A DNA stretch of 20,112 nucleotides from Bdellovibrionota bacterium (GCA_044345405.1 JBIJBE010000054.1:1-20112); one strand, 5' to 3'; shown: positions 7,858 to 16,936, counted from the first letter of the stretch. The notes: generated by a model not told the origin, from the letters alone. Numbers and translations are program-made.

Positions 7858-9069
7858 ATGAGATCTATTCGCGCGACGGCCGCACCCCTCCTCCTCTCCC
7901 TCCTTGTCGGATTTTGTCAGGAGGTCCACGCCCTCGACCTCAAGGCGCTCCTCAAAAACGGTGGCACACGGGTCGAGAGAGAGGACGGCACTCCACTCAT
8001 TCAGTATCGCGACACCGAACACTTCGTTCCGGCATCCATTCTCAAAGTAGCGACCACCTTCTGCGCGCTTGAGGCGCTCGGCCCGGAGTTTCGATTCACA
8101 ACTACCTTTTATCGTGGCCCCAACAGCACCCTCTATATCAAGGGCTCAGGGGATCCCTCACTCGTGTCCGAGGAGCTCAACGCGATAGCGCAGAAACTCG
8201 CGATCCTGATGCCACGAATCAATCGAATCGTAATCGACCCCTCGCTCTTTAGTCCCGACATCGACATCGATGGAAGCTCCGCGAGCCTCAATCCCTACGA
8301 CTCCAAGGTAGCGGCTTTCGTTGGGAACTTTAGCAGCGCCGCTCTCACACGACGCAAGGACGGCACGATCGTGAGCGCGGAACCCCAAACTCCCCTCACC
8401 CCCCTTTCGCGCCAAGCCGGCATGAAGCTCAATCGTGGAGCATCAGAGCGAATAAATCTCGGTCATACGTGGCAGGTCGGCACACAGTACGGCGGGGAGC
8501 TCTTAGGTGAGTTCCTCAAGAGAGCCGGAGCGTCTGGAGCACTTGAGGTGGCGACGGGAAGGGTCCCATCCGAGGCGACGAAGATCTACGACCACAAGTC
8601 CTCGAAGGACCTCGCGGAGATATCACAAGGACTCCTCAAATACTCGACGAATTTCACGGCGAATCAAATCTTTCTCACCCTCGGAATTCAAAAGTACGGT
8701 GCTCCAGCGACCGTTGAGAAGGGTCAACTCGCGATGACAGAGTGTCTGAAAAATAAAGTGGGCTGGAAGGACTTCCACATCGAAGAGGGCTCAGGCCTTT
8801 CTCGTAGAAACCAAGTAACTCCGACCCAGATGACCAAACTCCTTCAAAGCTTTGAGCCGTACAAAGATCTCCTTAACGTGGAAGACGACTTTACCGCTAA
8901 GACGGGGAGCCTTCGAGGCGTTAATACCCTCGCTGGATACTTTGAGCTCTCACCAACGGAACAGGTCCGCTTTGCTATTCTTGTGAATAGTGACGTCGCG
9001 CATGCACACAAATACAAGGTCGCTCGCGCGCTTCGTGATTACTTACTGCGAAATCCATCCGGACGGTAA
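7858..9069 (+). CDS. dacB: D-alanyl-D-alanine carboxypeptidase/endopeptidase (PBP4, peptidase S13)
   Basis: SxxK (PASILK), LYIKGSGDPSL, SxN (STN), EGSGLSRRN and KTG (AKTGSL) motifs. There is a signal-peptide-like N-terminus from ATG 7858; the ORF track starts at TTG 7816. Confidence 0.92.
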   Translation: MRSIRATAAPLLLSLLVGFCQEVHALDLKALLKNGGTRVEREDGTPLIQYRDTEHFVPASILKVATTFCALEALGPEFRFTTTFYRGPNSTLYIKGSGDPSLVSEELNAIAQKLAILMPRINRIVIDPSLFSPDIDIDGSSASLNPYDSKVAAFVGNFSSAALTRRKDGTIVSAEPQTPLTPLSRQAGMKLNRGASERINLGHTWQVGTQYGGELLGEFLKRAGASGALEVATGRVPSEATKIYDHKSSKDLAEISQGLLKYSTNFTANQIFLTLGIQKYGAPATVEKGQLAMTECLKNKVGWKDFHIEEGSGLSRRNQVTPTQMTKLLQSFEPYKDLLNVEDDFTAKTGSLRGVNTLAGYFELSPTEQVRFAILVNSDVAHAHKYKVARALRDYLLRNPSGR

Positions 9070-9081
9070 TACCTGAACACG

Positions 9082-10593
9082 TTAGGTGTGCGAGACCAAC
9101 CCCAAGAAGCGACGAATCCTCTCTCCCAGCGCCACCGTATCGTTGGTTCCGCTCGGAGCGCGCTCAATCTGAGTATCAACGACGCGGGCTTCATTGATCG
9201 CTTTAGCTTTCTCCGCGGCGTAGCGCGCGAGGCTCTGCAGCAGGTCAGGACGAAGCTCTAACAGATTCGTCAAAGCTTCCTTCCCGATACGCGCGGCGAG
9301 AACCTCGGTCGCCGCGCGAACCGTAGCGGTACGTCGCGCGCCAGCCAAAAGCGCCATCTCGCCCACTACCGCGGCCGGCCCAATTGAAGCAACCGTAATC
9401 GGAGCACCAGAGGCACCATTCACTAAAACAGAACAGGTTCCCTCGAGGATTAAAAAGAAGTGGTCGCCTCCCTCTCCCTCGCGCAGAAGATCCTCGCCAA
9501 AGCCAAAACGCTGAATAAAAACGGCTCTTACTATGACGCGGGCCTCGGCCTCCGAGAGATCCTTAAACAACTCAGTTCTCGGAAGCGCCTCCAAGAGCCG
9601 CGCCTCGTCATCGCGCTGCTCTTGAAGATACGGCATCTCCGTCTTGTAGACCGTACGTATCGGATACGGAATCTGAATCCCCGCGCGCCGCGCGGCGTAC
9701 CAGATCCGTGACATGAGATCGTTTCTCACATCGGTCAGCATCTCATAGTCATCGATAAAAACACGGAGCTCGTAATTTACCGATGAGGCGGCGAAATCGA
9801 TCGTCCGCGCGTCAGGCGCGGGGGAGGCCGAGACCCCCGGCGTCTCAAGCGCCGTCGTTCTCAACATCTCCTTCACGATGCTCGGCGGAGCGTCATAGGA
9901 AAACCCAACCGTTACTTTGAATCCGTGCAACCGTGTGGGACTAGAAAAGTTAAGGATTCGATCCTTTCCGATCGCCGAATTTGGGATCGTTATCTCATTT
10001 AACTCACGAGTCACGATGCGAACCGACCGCCACGTAATCTGACGAACCTTTCCGATCGTATCACCGAGTTGGATCCAATCACCCACGGCGACAGGCCGCT
10101 CAAACACCAGGGAGAGCCCAGAGAAAAGATTTCCCAGCGTATCCTGTAACGCGAGACCTACAACAAGGGAGCCCACACCAAAGGTAGTCAGAAGGGGTGA
10201 GACATCCTTGTGCCACACACCGCTGTAGACCATAACCATCCCCACAACGACGAAGCAGAGACGCACGATGTCGACCAGCAATCTGGGCGTGCGAGAACGC
10301 AAGGTACTTGCGTGAGCATCGGCGAGGAAGATCGCTTGAAGGGTACTCGCCACGAACCACACAAGGGCGAACCCTACAACTGTCTCAACAAGCTTGAATT
10401 CCGCGGTGTCACGACCATATCCACCGACTAGTTCCACCGCCCACAGAGCGGCGAAACACGGAAGGAGCAGCGCCCGAATCATTCGAACGAGGTCTTTAAA
10501 ACGAATCCCGATTCGTCGCTCTAAAATAAAGGACGCCATCCACAGACCAAAAAAGACACTAAGACTTATGAGGCTGGTAAGGGCGACTTTCAT
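9082..10593 (-). CDS. MscS-family mechanosensitive channel with a C-terminal cyclic-nucleotide-binding domain
   Basis: N-terminal TM helices, GLALQDTLGNLFSGL, ERPVAVGDWI, ITIPNS and IQIPYP motifs. The cNMP phosphate-binding cassette is GEMALLAGARRTATVRA. Confidence 0.93.
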   Translation of the reverse strand: MKVALTSLISLSVFFGLWMASFILERRIGIRFKDLVRMIRALLLPCFAALWAVELVGGYGRDTAEFKLVETVVGFALVWFVASTLQAIFLADAHASTLRSRTPRLLVDIVRLCFVVVGMVMVYSGVWHKDVSPLLTTFGVGSLVVGLALQDTLGNLFSGLSLVFERPVAVGDWIQLGDTIGKVRQITWRSVRIVTRELNEITIPNSAIGKDRILNFSSPTRLHGFKVTVGFSYDAPPSIVKEMLRTTALETPGVSASPAPDARTIDFAASSVNYELRVFIDDYEMLTDVRNDLMSRIWYAARRAGIQIPYPIRTVYKTEMPYLQEQRDDEARLLEALPRTELFKDLSEAEARVIVRAVFIQRFGFGEDLLREGEGGDHFFLILEGTCSVLVNGASGAPITVASIGPAAVVGEMALLAGARRTATVRAATEVLAARIGKEALTNLLELRPDLLQSLARYAAEKAKAINEARVVDTQIERAPSGTNDTVALGERIRRFLGLVSHT

Positions 10594-11609
10594 TACTCCT
10601 GCTCCTTTGATACTGGCGGAGGCTTCATCAAGGAGAGCGCGATCGATCCTACGATAATCCCGAGCACTACGATGAGTGAGATCTCGGTGGGCACATGATA
10701 ATCGAGGATTACGTCAACCAACGACATCTTGATACCGATGAACATGAGAACGAACGAGAGGCCGACACCCAAATAATGGAAACGTCCGATGAAGGCGAGC
10801 AGCAAGAAGTAGAGCGCTCGCAGGTCGATCACGGCGAAGATATTAGAGGTAAACACCACGAGCGGCTCCTTGGTGAGCCCAAAGATCGCTGGCACGGAGT
10901 CGAACGCGAACATTATGTCGGTGAACTCAACGAATATCAGCGCGAGAAAGAGCGGCGTCGCCATCAACTTCCCATTCACCTTAGTGAAAAACTTTTGACC
11001 ATCAAGGTTCGGGGTGAGCGGAATGTACTTCCGAAGAAATTTGAGGAGTCGATTGTTCTCGGGATGAATCTCAGGCTCTTTTCCTCGAAGCACCGAGATA
11101 CCTTGGTACACAAGGAAGATTCCAAACGCCACCACAATCCAATCGATCTCCATGACGAGCGAACCCATCGCGATAAAGATCGCCCGTAAAACGAGCGCTC
11201 CGAAGAGGCCGTAGAACAGCACTCGGAATTGGTTCTCTTTTGGAATCGAGAAGAACTGAAAGATGACGATGAACACGAATAGGTTATCGACGGCGAGCGA
11301 CTTCTCGAGGAGGTATCCAGAAAGAAACTCAAGGGCCGTTTGGCGAGACAACGAGTCAACCGTCCCACCAAGGGCCGCCACCAGGTCGGGCCGATGCGAG
11401 AGGTGCCAGTAGGTCAAAATGTAGAGCGCGACGTTGAACAACAACGCTAAGCCGAACCAGTTCAACGCTGATATCGACGCTTTACGAATTGATATCTCCT
11501 CAGGTTGTCGATGGAACGCTCGCAATGAGGTCAGCAGAATACCAGCGACAACAAGGCTGAAGAGAAGGTAGATCGGCCAGAATTCGGAGAAGGTGAAGAT
11601 ATGTGTCAT
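10593..11609 (-). CDS. TerC/Alx-family metal homeostasis membrane protein
   Basis: GYLLEKSLAVDNLFVF, QFRVLFYG, ATPLF, DIMFAFDSVPAI and SNIFA motifs, with multiple TM helices. Its stop overlaps the MscS start (TAATG). Confidence 0.93.
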   Translation of the reverse strand: MTHIFTFSEFWPIYLLFSLVVAGILLTSLRAFHRQPEEISIRKASISALNWFGLALLFNVALYILTYWHLSHRPDLVAALGGTVDSLSRQTALEFLSGYLLEKSLAVDNLFVFIVIFQFFSIPKENQFRVLFYGLFGALVLRAIFIAMGSLVMEIDWIVVAFGIFLVYQGISVLRGKEPEIHPENNRLLKFLRKYIPLTPNLDGQKFFTKVNGKLMATPLFLALIFVEFTDIMFAFDSVPAIFGLTKEPLVVFTSNIFAVIDLRALYFLLLAFIGRFHYLGVGLSFVLMFIGIKMSLVDVILDYHVPTEISLIVVLGIIVGSIALSLMKPPPVSKEQE

Positions 11610-12613
11610 GAATGTTGCGTATCCTGTTGTAACTCGCGTTCCACTATGAGTTGTCCTATCGAAACCATCGTGAGGGGAGAATTTCCCTCCGCTTTGTTAT
11701 TCGCCGTCACAAACGCTCGTTTATGTGTCGAAAGAGCTCGACGCACGAGTCGCAACACGTCGCCCCGCATCTGAGCGTTCGGCGCTTGCACGCGGTCGTA
11801 CGGCTCAAACAGCTCCTCGGCGCTCTGATAACTTGTCCCAAGTGGTGTAAGCAGTCTCGCAATGTAAAAATCAGCCGTCAATCCGCCCGCTTCCGCCGCG
11901 GCGCGCATTTGTTGGTGAAGCGGGACCATCGAGTTCCAATGGTTGAAACAATGCGCCACTCGCGCCTCGTTGAGCGCTTGAAAGTATCCCAGCTCGAGAA
12001 GCTCAGGATTTCGCACCTCCACAGCGTACTGGAAATCCCGGGGGAGGTGGCGAAGAAACTCAGACAAACGGTCAATAAAGTCGCGGTAGCGCATCGTCCG
12101 CTCTGAGAATGGGGCGAATTGGAGAACGAGGGGGCCTGTTCGAGCCATCACGCTAGGGTCTTGGTACGCGGAGAGCACCGCGTCTTTCAGGAGATCTATG
12201 TTCAAGAAGTCCGGATTCTCCCGTCCAGCGTGGGCTCCGTACCGTGGATGTTTCGGATAGGTCGCGATGGTGAGCCGCTCCCACACCTTAGAAACCCACC
12301 GGAAGCTCTCCGGAACAAGCGAGGCATAGTGAAGCAACGTTTCTGGCTTGGGAGGATTATAAAAGAAGCTATCGATACACGCCGTCCGAAACCAGGGGAT
12401 CGTCGCATACTCACCGAGGCTATTGGCGGTGAAATCCTTTTGGCTCTTGTACGTTTGGTGGTACACGAGCCCCTTCCATCCCGGGAAGGCCCAGGTGCTC
12501 GTTCCAAGGTAGATGTTCGGTGGCAACCGCTCCCCTTCAGGACTCCAGATATCCTCGGCGGTCGCCGTTGTGGTCAACTCCCTCATCGGGACGACTCTCT
12601 CATACCCCACCAC
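11606..12613 (-). CDS. DUF72 domain-containing protein
   Basis: IYLGTSTWAFPGWKGLVY, IDSFFY, SKVW, GPLVLQF, YAVEVRN and NNKAEGNSP match DUF72/YecE motifs. ATGA overlap with terC. The start may be ATG 12586. Confidence 0.9.
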   Translation of the reverse strand: MVGYERVVPMRELTTTATAEDIWSPEGERLPPNIYLGTSTWAFPGWKGLVYHQTYKSQKDFTANSLGEYATIPWFRTACIDSFFYNPPKPETLLHYASLVPESFRWVSKVWERLTIATYPKHPRYGAHAGRENPDFLNIDLLKDAVLSAYQDPSVMARTGPLVLQFAPFSERTMRYRDFIDRLSEFLRHLPRDFQYAVEVRNPELLELGYFQALNEARVAHCFNHWNSMVPLHQQMRAAAEAGGLTADFYIARLLTPLGTSYQSAEELFEPYDRVQAPNAQMRGDVLRLVRRALSTHKRAFVTANNKAEGNSPLTMVSIGQLIVERELQQDTQHS

Positions 12614-12677
12614 TCAGGGTCTATGAGAACCCTCCTCGGGGGAAGAAATGGGAGAGAAAACTGGGGTCCTATTCCGG

Positions 12678-12780
12678 ACGTGAACGTGAACGAGAAGGTA
12701 GGTTGCCTGGCGACCGCAGCGAGAGCGCCCTTCCGGCGCACGGGTGCGTTCACGTTTACGTTTACGTGCAGGTTCACGTG
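12678..12780. repeat. Inverted arrays of hexamer repeats (REP-like intergenic element)
   Basis: ACGTGAACGTGAACG (12678-12692) against CGTTCACGTTTACGT (12747-12761) is 14/15 complementary. Further TTTACG/TTCACG units run to ~12779. Confidence 0.7.
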
Positions 12781-12883
12781 GGGATGGGTCGTGGATACCC
12801 GACAACAACTAGTTGGGCTCTTACCCCCCGGTATCGCCGAACTTTCCCATAGGCGACACAACAAGCTCGTAGTATAGTGTTGT

Positions 12884-15214
12884 ATGGCTCACGTCACTAT
12901 CGAGCACCCCTTGGATTGGGGTTATCATTACCAACTGATCTTCGTATATACCCCCGGTACGCGGCACTTTGCCGGACGAATCGTTGGCCCCGTTAACACT
13001 ACCGGTCGCGTTGAGCACCACCTCGTTACCCTCGTTCACCTTAAGGTTGCCGGGGAGACCCTCTCCTTCTCTCGCCGTCCCGATTCCGCCCCCGCTCTCG
13101 CGGTAACGCTACCACCGACCGCGAGCGCGGTGTTCGAGATCGACATCAGGCTCGGCGGCGCCCATGCGGAGGAGGGTGAGCTATTCGGCCGATATCGCGT
13201 GACCTCCCGAGGAGTCGAGTACGCTGAGGTGTTTCAGAAGCTCACCGTCTTCGAGACGCGCATGCTCGCGAATGAGAAGCTCTATCGACGGCTCCCCTAC
13301 CCTCGCACCGCGCTGAAGCCCCCCGCCCTTCGAACCGACCTTCACACCCACAGCTCAGGCCAAGTCTCCGCTGAGGGGTTGATGGAGATCGCGGTTGAGA
13401 AACACGTTCCCTATCCCACCCGGTTACTCGACGCGCTCGGCATCCCGTATTCGCTCGAGCACGTTCAAACCACTAAACGCTTCTTCTATCCTCCAACAGA
13501 TGGACCTGAGATCGGACGAATACCGGCCGAAGAGGACGCGGTACCGATCGACACCCTCTCCACGCAAAGTCGAAAGATCCTCTCGGCCGCGATGTCCGTT
13601 CCCGCCGATAGGCAGGTTACCTTCGGGGACCTTGAGGTCTCGGTTTACCGATTCCGAACGCCGATCACCAAATCACCCAAGATAGCTCTCGAGTTACTCC
13701 AGAAATACGCTGAAGAATACGCGCAGCAGGGTGTGCGCTACGCGGAAATCACCGCCACAACGAGCGGCCTTCTCCTCCCAGAGTACATGGCGATGGTGCA
13801 TGAACACCTCCCCCGGCTTGAGGAGGAAACCGGTGTAAAACTACGCTTCCTCGCCGGACTTCCGAGAAATCTCCCTGAGGTCATCCTCGCCCGAGAGGTT
13901 GAGAAGCTTAAGATCATGGGTGCGAGCCCCTACCTTGTGGGGGTCGATTTCGTGGGGTTTGAGGACAACAAGATCGGCAACCTTGAGCCACACATCAAGA
14001 GCATCGCCGAGTGGGCGCAAGATAACGATCCGGAGTTCACCCTCCGTATTCACGCGGGCGAGAACCGAAAAAACTTTGGGAATGTGCGGGAATCGCTTCG
14101 ACTCGCGCAGAAATACAAGATGCGCGTGCGAATAGGTCACGCCGCTCACGGTCTCGACAAAGAGGCGCTCGACATAGCCGAGGCACTCGGGAAGGACGAC
14201 CTCGTCATCATCGAATTCAACCCTGACTCAAACCTCGCGCTCAACAACATCGACACGGCGGAGGAGCTTGAAATGGTGAAGTGTCTCGATCGGGAGATCC
14301 CGTTCGTACTCTGCTCAGATGGCGGAGGACTCTTCCAAACCGATATCTGGCAGCTCGATGATACAGCCTCCTTCGCCGGACTTAAGGATCATCACATCGA
14401 CATCATCGTCCGACACGAAGAGCACCACATGCGTCGAGAAGCCGCGCGCTTCGCTCGAAAGATGCTCAAATTACCGAAGGATTACGTTGAACAGGTTGAA
14501 AAAGCGCTCGGCGCTCTCCCGCCGGTAACCTTCACCCCTCGACGGGATGATGACGCGACGGCGCAAGCCTTTGAGAGACACCTCGTCACGCACGGGATCC
14601 AATTCTCACCCGAGAGCATTCAGGAAGCGACCGGCGGCAAACGACCGATCCTTATCCTTGGCGCTTCGGGGACCCGGTGGTGGGATCGGGTATCGAAACT
14701 CCAGCAAGCCGTCATAACCGACCTCTTGCAGGGATTAGTGCAATCGATAGACGCGCAAAAAGCGTACCTCCTGATCGGGCGTCCGAAAAACGCCGGCATT
14801 ACGACCGTTCTCTCCTCATCGGTACTGGCGAGAAACGCCTCAAAGCCCGCCGGCGAACATCTCGCCCTGATCAGCGCGACCGTTCAAGCGGATCAAACCA
14901 CTCAGTCATTTAGCCCCGGCTTGACCCATGTACTGCCACTGCGAGGAGGACTCTTCACCGTGCCACACCAGTTAGTGGACTACGTGGCGCACCACAACGG
15001 ACTCGTCGTCTTTATAGGTGGCGGTACCTTCGTGCGAGACGCGGTCCTCGTCGCTAGAGAGCGTGGGGTTGGGTTCGCGCTGATGAAGGGACCTGAGGGC
15101 GCCTCCACAGATAAGTGCGTTATGTTCGACGCGAAACGTCAATTTAGCGACCTTGACGGACTCCTCGAGATTCTTAACCGCTATATGCCTGACGCGTTAC
15201 GAAATAGGCGGTAG
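12884..15214 (+). CDS. Adenosine/AMP deaminase-family amidohydrolase with an unknown N-terminal domain and a C-terminal SLOG-like Rossmannoid domain
   Basis: DLHTH (H154/H156), GVRYAEI, VGVDFVG, IHAGE (H390/E393), RIGH (H419), EFNPDSN and CSD (D479) are the ADA-family motifs in the correct order. The C-terminal part contains PILILGASG...IG...LVVFIGGGTFVRDAVLVA...MKGPEGAS. Confidence 0.85.
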   Translation: MAHVTIEHPLDWGYHYQLIFVYTPGTRHFAGRIVGPVNTTGRVEHHLVTLVHLKVAGETLSFSRRPDSAPALAVTLPPTASAVFEIDIRLGGAHAEEGELFGRYRVTSRGVEYAEVFQKLTVFETRMLANEKLYRRLPYPRTALKPPALRTDLHTHSSGQVSAEGLMEIAVEKHVPYPTRLLDALGIPYSLEHVQTTKRFFYPPTDGPEIGRIPAEEDAVPIDTLSTQSRKILSAAMSVPADRQVTFGDLEVSVYRFRTPITKSPKIALELLQKYAEEYAQQGVRYAEITATTSGLLLPEYMAMVHEHLPRLEEETGVKLRFLAGLPRNLPEVILAREVEKLKIMGASPYLVGVDFVGFEDNKIGNLEPHIKSIAEWAQDNDPEFTLRIHAGENRKNFGNVRESLRLAQKYKMRVRIGHAAHGLDKEALDIAEALGKDDLVIIEFNPDSNLALNNIDTAEELEMVKCLDREIPFVLCSDGGGLFQTDIWQLDDTASFAGLKDHHIDIIVRHEEHHMRREAARFARKMLKLPKDYVEQVEKALGALPPVTFTPRRDDDATAQAFERHLVTHGIQFSPESIQEATGGKRPILILGASGTRWWDRVSKLQQAVITDLLQGLVQSIDAQKAYLLIGRPKNAGITTVLSSSVLARNASKPAGEHLALISATVQADQTTQSFSPGLTHVLPLRGGLFTVPHQLVDYVAHHNGLVVFIGGGTFVRDAVLVARERGVGFALMKGPEGASTDKCVMFDAKRQFSDLDGLLEILNRYMPDALRNRR

Positions 15215-15220
15215 AGTCCC

Positions 15221-16120
15221 CTACTCTACTTTGCACGCGGCATTACAACGACGACCAGCTGGAGCGTTGCTCGGCATCGCGGCCCCATCGCACTGCTCAT
15301 CGCGATTGATCACTCCGTCTCCGCAGAATTCAAGTTTGCACGTCGTAACGTTGCACGCATACTTCGGGAAGGTCGCGCTCGAAACAACCAGATCTCGAAA
15401 CGCCGCTGGCAAAAGGTTGGAAGCTCCCAGCACAAGGGGGCCGTCAGCGCACTCCGCGTTCGCCGCTACCTGTCTCGCGGCCTCGCACGTGCCCGTCGCT
15501 GAACACAGGTAACTCGTGGTTCGACACCCCTCTGTTTGTGAATCTCCGCACGACGTTCCCTGCCTCTTGGGATCGGGCACAGCCTGGCACGCGCCATTAC
15601 GGCATGCCCGCTTCTCACATGCGGTAACCGCGACATTGGCGTCCGGACATCCCGCATCGTCATTTGGCTCGTGCGCGCACACCTTGTTGCGACACACCGG
15701 TTTCAGACACGTATTATTGGACGCGACCGAAGGAATGCAGTGAAGACCCTCTCGAACGGCGATTAATCGAGAGCTCTCGGTAACCACCACCGCTTTTCCC
15801 CCTCCGTCGCACACGAGGGGCGCTGAGAAGCACGCAAACTCTCCTCCAGAGACGACCCCATCTAATGCGTGACCCACCCGTGCCTTGGTCGCGCAGAGAC
15901 CCTTATGACACACCGATTCAAGACATCGAGGATCTTGTCCTCGACGAGGAATCGGAGGGGGGCAATCAATGGGAGTTGCGCATTTGGCGGCATCCACCGC
16001 GAAGACCGGCGCTTGCGCCACCGCAGTCGCGCCAAGCGACACCACCGATACCATGAGCGCTGCCACTACCGAATACGCGTGAGCCCCTTCCAAGACACGA
16101 GTTGCAAATCTTTTTGTCAT
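15221..16120 (-). CDS. Secreted cysteine-rich repeat protein with a C-terminal myxobacterial-type CGDG repeat (DUF4215-like)
   Basis: Hydrophobic signal-like segment ending AVA-QA, 26 Cys with recurring C-x4-C-x4-C spacing, and FCGDGVINRDEQCDG...CNAAC at the end. GGGAG ribosome-binding site. Confidence 0.8.
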   Translation of the reverse strand: MTKRFATRVLEGAHAYSVVAALMVSVVSLGATAVAQAPVFAVDAAKCATPIDCPPPIPRRGQDPRCLESVCHKGLCATKARVGHALDGVVSGGEFACFSAPLVCDGGGKAVVVTESSRLIAVREGLHCIPSVASNNTCLKPVCRNKVCAHEPNDDAGCPDANVAVTACEKRACRNGACQAVPDPKRQGTSCGDSQTEGCRTTSYLCSATGTCEAARQVAANAECADGPLVLGASNLLPAAFRDLVVSSATFPKYACNVTTCKLEFCGDGVINRDEQCDGAAMPSNAPAGRRCNAACKVE

Positions 16121-16330
16121 AGCTCCCTAGCACTCCGGCGACCGTCACGAGGGCTCGATAGTTTGCTTGATTTAAGGCAGTTACGGTCCTACCTCACCCG
16201 AGTCCGGCTCGGGGCTAGGATACTCTTCATTGAGGGAAAGGGACAAGCGGAAGAGGCACAGTCACTTTTTCATTTGGTTGTGGCTCTGAATGTTACTACC
16301 CTTAAAGATATACTCGAGGAGGATCTCGTG

Positions 16331-16936
16331 GTGAAGCTAGCCCCTAACGCCAAGCCCAACGATTCCGACGCAGCGGTCGATCATCCTACCCACGCGCCCG
16401 AGCCGAGAGCAGAACTCCGATCCCTCCGACTACCCAACCGTAGCGAGGCTCATCAAAGCTGCGGAGGGTTTACCTCCATTGATGGAGCGCAGCGACCCTT
16501 CTTTCCTGAGATAAAAGCCCATACCAATCTCGGCCTGCCGCTACGGGCACTCTCCCAAACGCAGATCCATTTCGCCTCGAGGGACTATCGATTGCGGAGT
16601 GACCACCTCGCGCAAACATTGCGACTTTTCGGGCACAAGGTATCTCAATGTCTGCCTGAGGGATTTTGCGTACAGGTAGACCTCTCCCCTTTTGGGGGAA
16701 ACGCGGCATGCGATACGGTTACCCTGATTCATCAAGCGGCGAAGGGAGGTCCTCAAGCGATCCTGGAGCACCACTATCTCCCGTTTAATGGAGGGGGCAT
16801 CGGATGGATGGTTCCAACGGACGAGGCTAAGAACACCGTCCTGAAACTTGAGGAGCGGCTGTTCTACTACAAAGCCCTCCTCGCGATCAGAACCGCTATT
16901 CATAATCGGCTCTCCTACCTCTCCACGCCGGCGTGA
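16331..16936 (+). CDS. Hypothetical protein (~201 aa)
   Basis: This is the 3' part of track ORF 15869..16936. A strong GAGGAGG site lies just upstream of in-frame GTG codons at 16328/16331. The upstream extension would overlap the Cys-rich gene on the other strand. No family recognised. Confidence 0.55.
   Translation: MKLAPNAKPNDSDAAVDHPTHAPEPRAELRSLRLPNRSEAHQSCGGFTSIDGAQRPFFPEIKAHTNLGLPLRALSQTQIHFASRDYRLRSDHLAQTLRLFGHKVSQCLPEGFCVQVDLSPFGGNAACDTVTLIHQAAKGGPQAILEHHYLPFNGGGIGWMVPTDEAKNTVLKLEERLFYYKALLAIRTAIHNRLSYLSTPA

Noticed and set aside
12884-15214. RADAR (RdrB) or Cad1 assignment
   Set aside because: No adjacent RdrA-type ATPase, no recognisable CARF domain and no CRISPR context; kept only as an analogy.
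15869-16327. N-terminal extension of the 355-aa track ORF
   Set aside because: It overlaps the Cys-rich gene in antisense, and a strong ribosome-binding site points to a start at 16328/16331.
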